The notes below the pieces were generated by a model, which ran no database searches, had not been told where the DNA came from, and was given only the letters and a program-made list of their open reading frames with translations. This document shows positions 59,883 through 64,000 of a DNA stretch of 64,000 nt, one piece after another (position 1 is the stretch's first letter; every line of letters starts with the position of its first letter). Position numbers and translations under genes: made by a program. Where the stretch lies: positions 6,049 through 70,048 of the forward strand of contig JBEKVD010000003.1 in NCBI GenBank assembly GCA_049514315.1. Direction: 5' to 3'. This DNA comes from Candidatus Limnocylindrales bacterium (GTDB lineage Bacteria; Chloroflexota; Limnocylindria; Limnocylindrales; CSP1-4).

Positions 59883-61037
59883 CTACCACTCTGGCTTCTC
59901 GCGCCGCAGGTTCGTGCTCTGGAGGGCGCCAAGACCCGCGGCCAGGCTGACGAGCGAGGCGCCGCCGTAGGAGATGAACGGCAGCGGGATGCCCGTGACC
60001 GGCAGCATTCCCATGACCATGCCGACGTTCACGACCACCTGGAAGAAGATCATCGTCGCCATGCCGCAGCCGACCAACGTGGCGAACTGATCGGACGCGC
60101 GCCATGCGCTGACCAGCAAGCGCCAGATCAACAGCGCGAACAAAACCAGTACCACCATGGCGCCAGCGAAGCCGAGCTCTTCAACCAGGACGCCCCACAC
60201 GAAGTCGGTGGTGGCGACTGGCACGGCTACGCTGCCGTTGGTCAGTCCTTTGCCACCGAAACCTCCGGCGATGACAGCCGCCTCGGCCTGGATGATCTGG
60301 TAGCCGCCGCCCTGCGGGTCCGCTCCCGGGTTGAGCAGGGTCAGCAGCCGGGCTTGTTGGTAGTCGGCCATGTGGCTCCACACGAATGGAATCGCCGCGA
60401 CCACGGCCGCCGCCAGCGTGCCGAGCCAGAACAGACTCGCACCGGACATGAACAGCAGACCGGTCACGGTGGCTACCAGCACCAGCGACGTACCCAGGTC
60501 CGGCTGCAACATTACGAGGATCCACGGTGGAATCAGAATGATCAGGACCCCGATTATCGTCCAGGGCGACTTGATCTTCGGCTGGCGGTCGGCCAGGAAC
60601 GCGGCGAATACCACGACCATGAGGATCTTGGCAAGCTCGCTGAATTGAAATTGGAAGCCGGCGATAACGACCCAACGGGCCGCCGTGCCTGCCTGACCGG
60701 TCCCGCTGCCGATGCGAAGCGTCACGATGAGAAGAGCGATGTTGATGAAGTACAACGGCCAGGCAAACGAGCGAAGCCATCGGTAGTCGAGAGCGGTGGT
60801 CAGGCCGAGAACCACTGCGGCGATGACGGCCCACATGATCGTTCGGACGAATGGCGAGTTGATCGTCAAGGGGGTGTTGTTGGCGCCCACGCTGTTGCTG
60901 TACGCCATCGCGAAGCCGAAGAGAGTGAGCAGGATGGCGTACGTGGTGAGCTGGAAGTCGTAGTTGCGCCAGGACAGCGAACCGCCCTTGGGCTCCCAAC
61001 CCCGAAGCTTGAAAGGCTGGTCTCGCAGGATGCTCAT
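59883..61037 (-). CDS. rodA: SEDS-family peptidoglycan polymerase RodA
   Basis: FtsW/RodA/SpoVE pattern: QFSELAKI, PDLGT, TDFVW.., GMLPVTGIPLPFISYGGAS. Adjacent to PBP2. Confidence 0.93.
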   Translation of the reverse strand: MSILRDQPFKLRGWEPKGGSLSWRNYDFQLTTYAILLTLFGFAMAYSNSVGANNTPLTINSPFVRTIMWAVIAAVVLGLTTALDYRWLRSFAWPLYFINIALLIVTLRIGSGTGQAGTAARWVVIAGFQFQFSELAKILMVVVFAAFLADRQPKIKSPWTIIGVLIILIPPWILVMLQPDLGTSLVLVATVTGLLFMSGASLFWLGTLAAAVVAAIPFVWSHMADYQQARLLTLLNPGADPQGGGYQIIQAEAAVIAGGFGGKGLTNGSVAVPVATTDFVWGVLVEELGFAGAMVVLVLFALLIWRLLVSAWRASDQFATLVGCGMATMIFFQVVVNVGMVMGMLPVTGIPLPFISYGGASLVSLAAGLGALQSTNLRREKPEW

Positions 61038-61052
61038 CGCCGGGCAGCCACT

Positions 61053-63059
61053 TCAGTCCCGGTTCGGGCTTCCATAGTAGTTGGTCGTCCTGGTAGTCCA
61101 GGTGAGGACGTAGCCCGGCGTGTGCGTATCGAACGCATATGCCGCACGCTTGATCAGCCCGTAATGCAGCATCAGGTAGTACTTCACGACCTCGGTCGCC
61201 ACGTTGCCCCAGGTGTCGGCGCCGTAGATGAAGGCCAGAACCGCGAGCTGGGAATCCGGCTTGCTGAAGTCGTCCACGTACGGGTTGGCCGGCACGTACC
61301 CGACAAACCACTCGTGATAGGGCAGGCGGCCGTACTTGTCTGGGACGCCGAACTCGGCAGTGCCTGTCTTGCCGGCTACCGCGATCGGCAGGTCGACCAG
61401 GTTGTAGGTGTGTCGCGTAGTGACCACCGCCCGTGTAGCCACACGCATCTCCTCGAGTACCTGCTGCGAGACAGGCGTTCCGTCTGCAGCGTGAAGCTTG
61501 TTCTCGACCACAGGCTGAATGTCCGTCACGACGCCGGTGGCGCCGTTCGTAATTGACTTGACGACCTGCGGCTGGTACACCGTCCCGCCGTTGGCGAGAG
61601 CGCAGTAGGCATCCAGGAGCTGCAGCGGCGTGACCGCGTCGTAGCCCTGCCCGATGCCCGCCTGCAGGATTTCGCCGGTGTACATGTTGTCGCCGTAATT
61701 AGCTTGCTTCCAGGCATTGGTCGGGACTATTCCCGTAGCCGTCTCAGGCAGGTCGATTCCGGTCGGCTTTCCGAAGCCGTACTGGTCCGCCCAGTAGGTC
61801 AACTTATCGAGGCCGACCAGTTCCGCCAGCTGATAGAAGAACGTGTCGCTCGAGTAGGCGACCCCTTGAGTGATATTCAAGGGCCCCCAGCCCTGTCTGT
61901 TCCATTCCCAGAACTTATAGGCGCCGATCTGGATGTACGGCTGCGACAGCAGGGTCGTCGTGGTGTCGATTGACGGCGCCAGGCTGCTGACCGGCGGCGC
62001 GGTCAGGGGTGGCCCGGCAGACAGGCCGGCCGTACCGGTGACGAGCTTGAAGGTCGAGCCGGGAGCGTACTGGGCACCTATCGCCTTGTTCAGGAGGGGC
62101 TGGCTCGGGTCCGAGAGCAGCGCCTGGAAATCGGTGTCGCTGATGCCGTCCGCGAAGAGCTGGTCGTTGTAGCTGGGCAAACTGACCATCGCCAGGATCT
62201 TCCCGTTCTGTGGGTCCTCGACGATGATCACGCCCATCGTCACGCCGGAGGCCGTTAGTCCCCATTGCAGGGCTTGTTGGGCAATCTGCTGCTCGTGGGT
62301 GTCGATGTTCAGGGTCAATGAGTCGCCCGGAATCGGGGGTTGGCCCTGCGTGACGAGTCCCGGAATAGGCTTGCCGGAGCTGTCGAGCGCAACCGTCTGA
62401 GTTCCGTAGGTGCCCCGGAGCGCGGGCTCGTACTCGTTTTCCAAGCCGGCCTGGCCCACGATGTCCTGCGGCGAGTCGCCCACGTGCTTGCCGTCAGTCA
62501 GCTGGGTGGCCGTTATCTGGCCTTCGTATCCCAGCAGCTCAGCGAACAAGTTCTGCGTCAGGTACTCGCGCTTGGAGGAGACCACCACGCTCACCCCTGG
62601 CAGGAGGCTGGCGTTCTCCTGGATGAACCGGGCCACCTCGGCCGAGACACCGTCTGCGATCTTGACCGGCACGTACAGGGATCCGGTCGTACTGTCGATC
62701 TGAGTCTCGATGTAGATGGGATCGAGATTGAGCACGGAACCAAGCCGATCGGCCACCGTCGACTCCTGGGCCAGAGGCAGGTCGATTGGAGTGATCGTGA
62801 CCGAGTAGTCGACAACGTTCTCGACGAGGGGAGTTCCGGAGGCATCGTAGATCAAGCCCCGCGTGGCCGGAACGGACTCCACGGCACCAGTTGGCTGAGC
62901 ATTGGCGGCAGCCCCATAGACCTGCTGCCCCTGGAGGACCTGCAGGTAAGCCAGCCGCGTGGTAAGGGCGGTGACGCCCACGACGACGGCAAGGGCGAAA
63001 GCGCCGAATCGATATATGTTCTTGGGCTCGCTCCGATTGCTCCCGACTTGAGCACTCAT
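61053..63059 (-). CDS. mrdA: Penicillin-binding protein 2 (class B transpeptidase)
   Basis: SxxK GSTFK and KTGTA motifs. N-terminal anchor FGAFALAVVVGVTAL. GGAGGTGA lies 5 nt upstream of ATG 63059, so the 63116 start is rejected. Confidence 0.93.
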   Translation of the reverse strand: MSAQVGSNRSEPKNIYRFGAFALAVVVGVTALTTRLAYLQVLQGQQVYGAAANAQPTGAVESVPATRGLIYDASGTPLVENVVDYSVTITPIDLPLAQESTVADRLGSVLNLDPIYIETQIDSTTGSLYVPVKIADGVSAEVARFIQENASLLPGVSVVVSSKREYLTQNLFAELLGYEGQITATQLTDGKHVGDSPQDIVGQAGLENEYEPALRGTYGTQTVALDSSGKPIPGLVTQGQPPIPGDSLTLNIDTHEQQIAQQALQWGLTASGVTMGVIIVEDPQNGKILAMVSLPSYNDQLFADGISDTDFQALLSDPSQPLLNKAIGAQYAPGSTFKLVTGTAGLSAGPPLTAPPVSSLAPSIDTTTTLLSQPYIQIGAYKFWEWNRQGWGPLNITQGVAYSSDTFFYQLAELVGLDKLTYWADQYGFGKPTGIDLPETATGIVPTNAWKQANYGDNMYTGEILQAGIGQGYDAVTPLQLLDAYCALANGGTVYQPQVVKSITNGATGVVTDIQPVVENKLHAADGTPVSQQVLEEMRVATRAVVTTRHTYNLVDLPIAVAGKTGTAEFGVPDKYGRLPYHEWFVGYVPANPYVDDFSKPDSQLAVLAFIYGADTWGNVATEVVKYYLMLHYGLIKRAAYAFDTHTPGYVLTWTTRTTNYYGSPNRD

Positions 63060-63063
63060 TCGA

Positions 63064-63567
63064 TCACCTCCACCAGAGAACGCGTTCTCGCTGCTCTGCC
63101 CTCCTCTTGATGCCAATCACCAGCGGAGCTGCGATTGCTGCGAGCATCCCGTTCGCAAGCGCAGCGGCAATGAGGTTCGTCATCTGAATAGGCGGAGCCG
63201 GGGGGCTCAGGAGTCCGGTGGTCATGTCCGAGATCACCAGAAAGACCGGCGTCAGCGCTGCCACGGCTATGACACATCCCGGATAGCGAGACCGAGATAC
63301 CAGCGGTTCGGCGACGGCCGCGAGCGCTACCACGATGAGCATTTCGAAGACACTGGAGCCGAGTGGTCTCATCGCGAAGGCATCGAGAGATATGCCGCCG
63401 ACGAAGGCCCAGGTCATACCGTGCTGGAAGCCGAAGACCAGGGTCACCGTAATGGCGAGAACGAGCGACAGCTGAAGTTGAGCGCCGGCGATCTGGTAGC
63501 GCGACGCGATCGTGAGTTCCAAGAGCGCCGCAATGCCGGCGCCGACCGCAGCGAATGCGGGACCCAT
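63064..63567 (-). CDS. mreD: Rod shape-determining protein MreD
   Basis: 167 aa with about 5 TM segments. GFQHGMTWAFVGGISLDAF is the MreD-type G..G...GF..G...D motif. Lies immediately upstream of mrdA. Confidence 0.78.
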   Translation of the reverse strand: MGPAFAAVGAGIAALLELTIASRYQIAGAQLQLSLVLAITVTLVFGFQHGMTWAFVGGISLDAFAMRPLGSSVFEMLIVVALAAVAEPLVSRSRYPGCVIAVAALTPVFLVISDMTTGLLSPPAPPIQMTNLIAAALANGMLAAIAAPLVIGIKRRAEQRERVLWWR

Positions 63568-64000
63568 TGCGGCCAGCCCTCTGTAGGTGGGTTGGAGTTG
63601 ACACTCCGGTCCGAGGAGTGAGACCGACTAGCGGCATTGACTCGGGGAGTATAGGCGCGGGGACAGGTTTGGGGAAACGCGCGGTCTTGCCTGCCTGTGC
63701 CATTCGGCCCCGATAGCGTGGCGAGGGGCGCGGACCGAGCAAGCGCGGCAAGTCGTAGCCGCTCGACTTGGAGTATCGCCAGTGACGAACCTGATGTCGG
63801 GCGTGTCGAGGCTTGTGGATAGCTCGTAAACGTGTCGGGCGGCAGGACGATTGACGGGAGGGCAGCCTTGCGGAGGCTATAAGAGCGGTATGGAGGCCCT
63901 CCTTCGGCCGCCTTCACGATCCTCAAGGACACCCAGTGCGCCCAATCGTGTGCCGCGCCCGATGGGACCTGCACTCGGGACTCTCTTCGACGAGCTGCCG

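Noticed and set aside
63444-63974. 176-aa minus-strand ORF upstream of and overlapping mreD, which could have been mreC.
   Set aside because: The product is Ser/Arg/Pro/Thr-rich with no TM anchor, coiled coil or MreC beta-domain pattern, and it overlaps mreD by about 120 nt in another frame.
63568-64000. RNase P RNA, tmRNA or SRP RNA in the non-coding stretch upstream of mreD. A UAAGAGCG octamer and a GGGGAGUAUAGG...GGGGAAAC stretch caught my eye.
   Set aside because: The universal RNase P GGAAAGUCCGG and ACAGAACCCGGCUUA elements are absent on both strands. There is no tmRNA T-arm (GGUUCGAnUCC) or alanine-rich tag ORF. There is no SRP domain IV GGAA-tetraloop motif. The region is left as unassigned.

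Overview
This is a high-G+C chromosomal segment. Long arginine/proline-rich shadow ORFs lie opposite almost every real gene, so calls rest on recognisable protein motifs, start-site context and gene order, not ORF length. No search or folding tool was run.

Most of the window is core housekeeping:
- dnaB
- pcm
- comF-hpf-nfo
- A long minus-strand run: mreD-mrdA-rodA, a radical SAM gene, an antiporter, DUF2344, rplU-rpmA, rpmE, DUF1385, prfA-prmC, a HAD gene, tsaC, glyA, wecA, the atp operon (atpI, B, E, F, H, A, G, D, C), murA, mreB, a PHP gene and a UPF0104 gene.

Gene order resembles monoderm (Actinobacteria, Firmicutes or Chloroflexi-like) genomes.

The accessory part lies at about 2-33 kb:
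- A MalT-type STAND NTPase with a C-terminal SARP (wHTH+BTAD) module.
- An HD-GYP phosphodiesterase followed 4 nt later by a DUF5317-like::MFS fusion.
- A divergent glycosylation cluster: GT4, a CelD-like acyltransferase, GT87 and a Ppm-like GT2 on one strand, and two GT-C/PMT-like enzymes on the other.
- The two GT-C genes are chained by overlapping stop/start codons to a DegS/DegU-like two-component system, then to a DegS paralog with a degenerate ATPase domain, then to an Flp pilin gene.
- A secretin-less Tad/Flp pilus operon follows: cpaB, REC-cpaE, cpaF, tadB, tadC, DUF192.

A second, textbook Flp pilin gene (57 aa, 22274..22447) is missing from the supplied ORF track because it is below the size cut-off.

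The most unusual arrangements are:
- the GT-C -> DegS/DegU -> pseudo-kinase -> flp coupled unit;
- a TIGR03960-type radical SAM / DUF2344 pair split by a Na+/H+ antiporter, with GTGA overlaps on both sides.

I found no CRISPR array, tRNA, rRNA, transposase or recognisable defence system.
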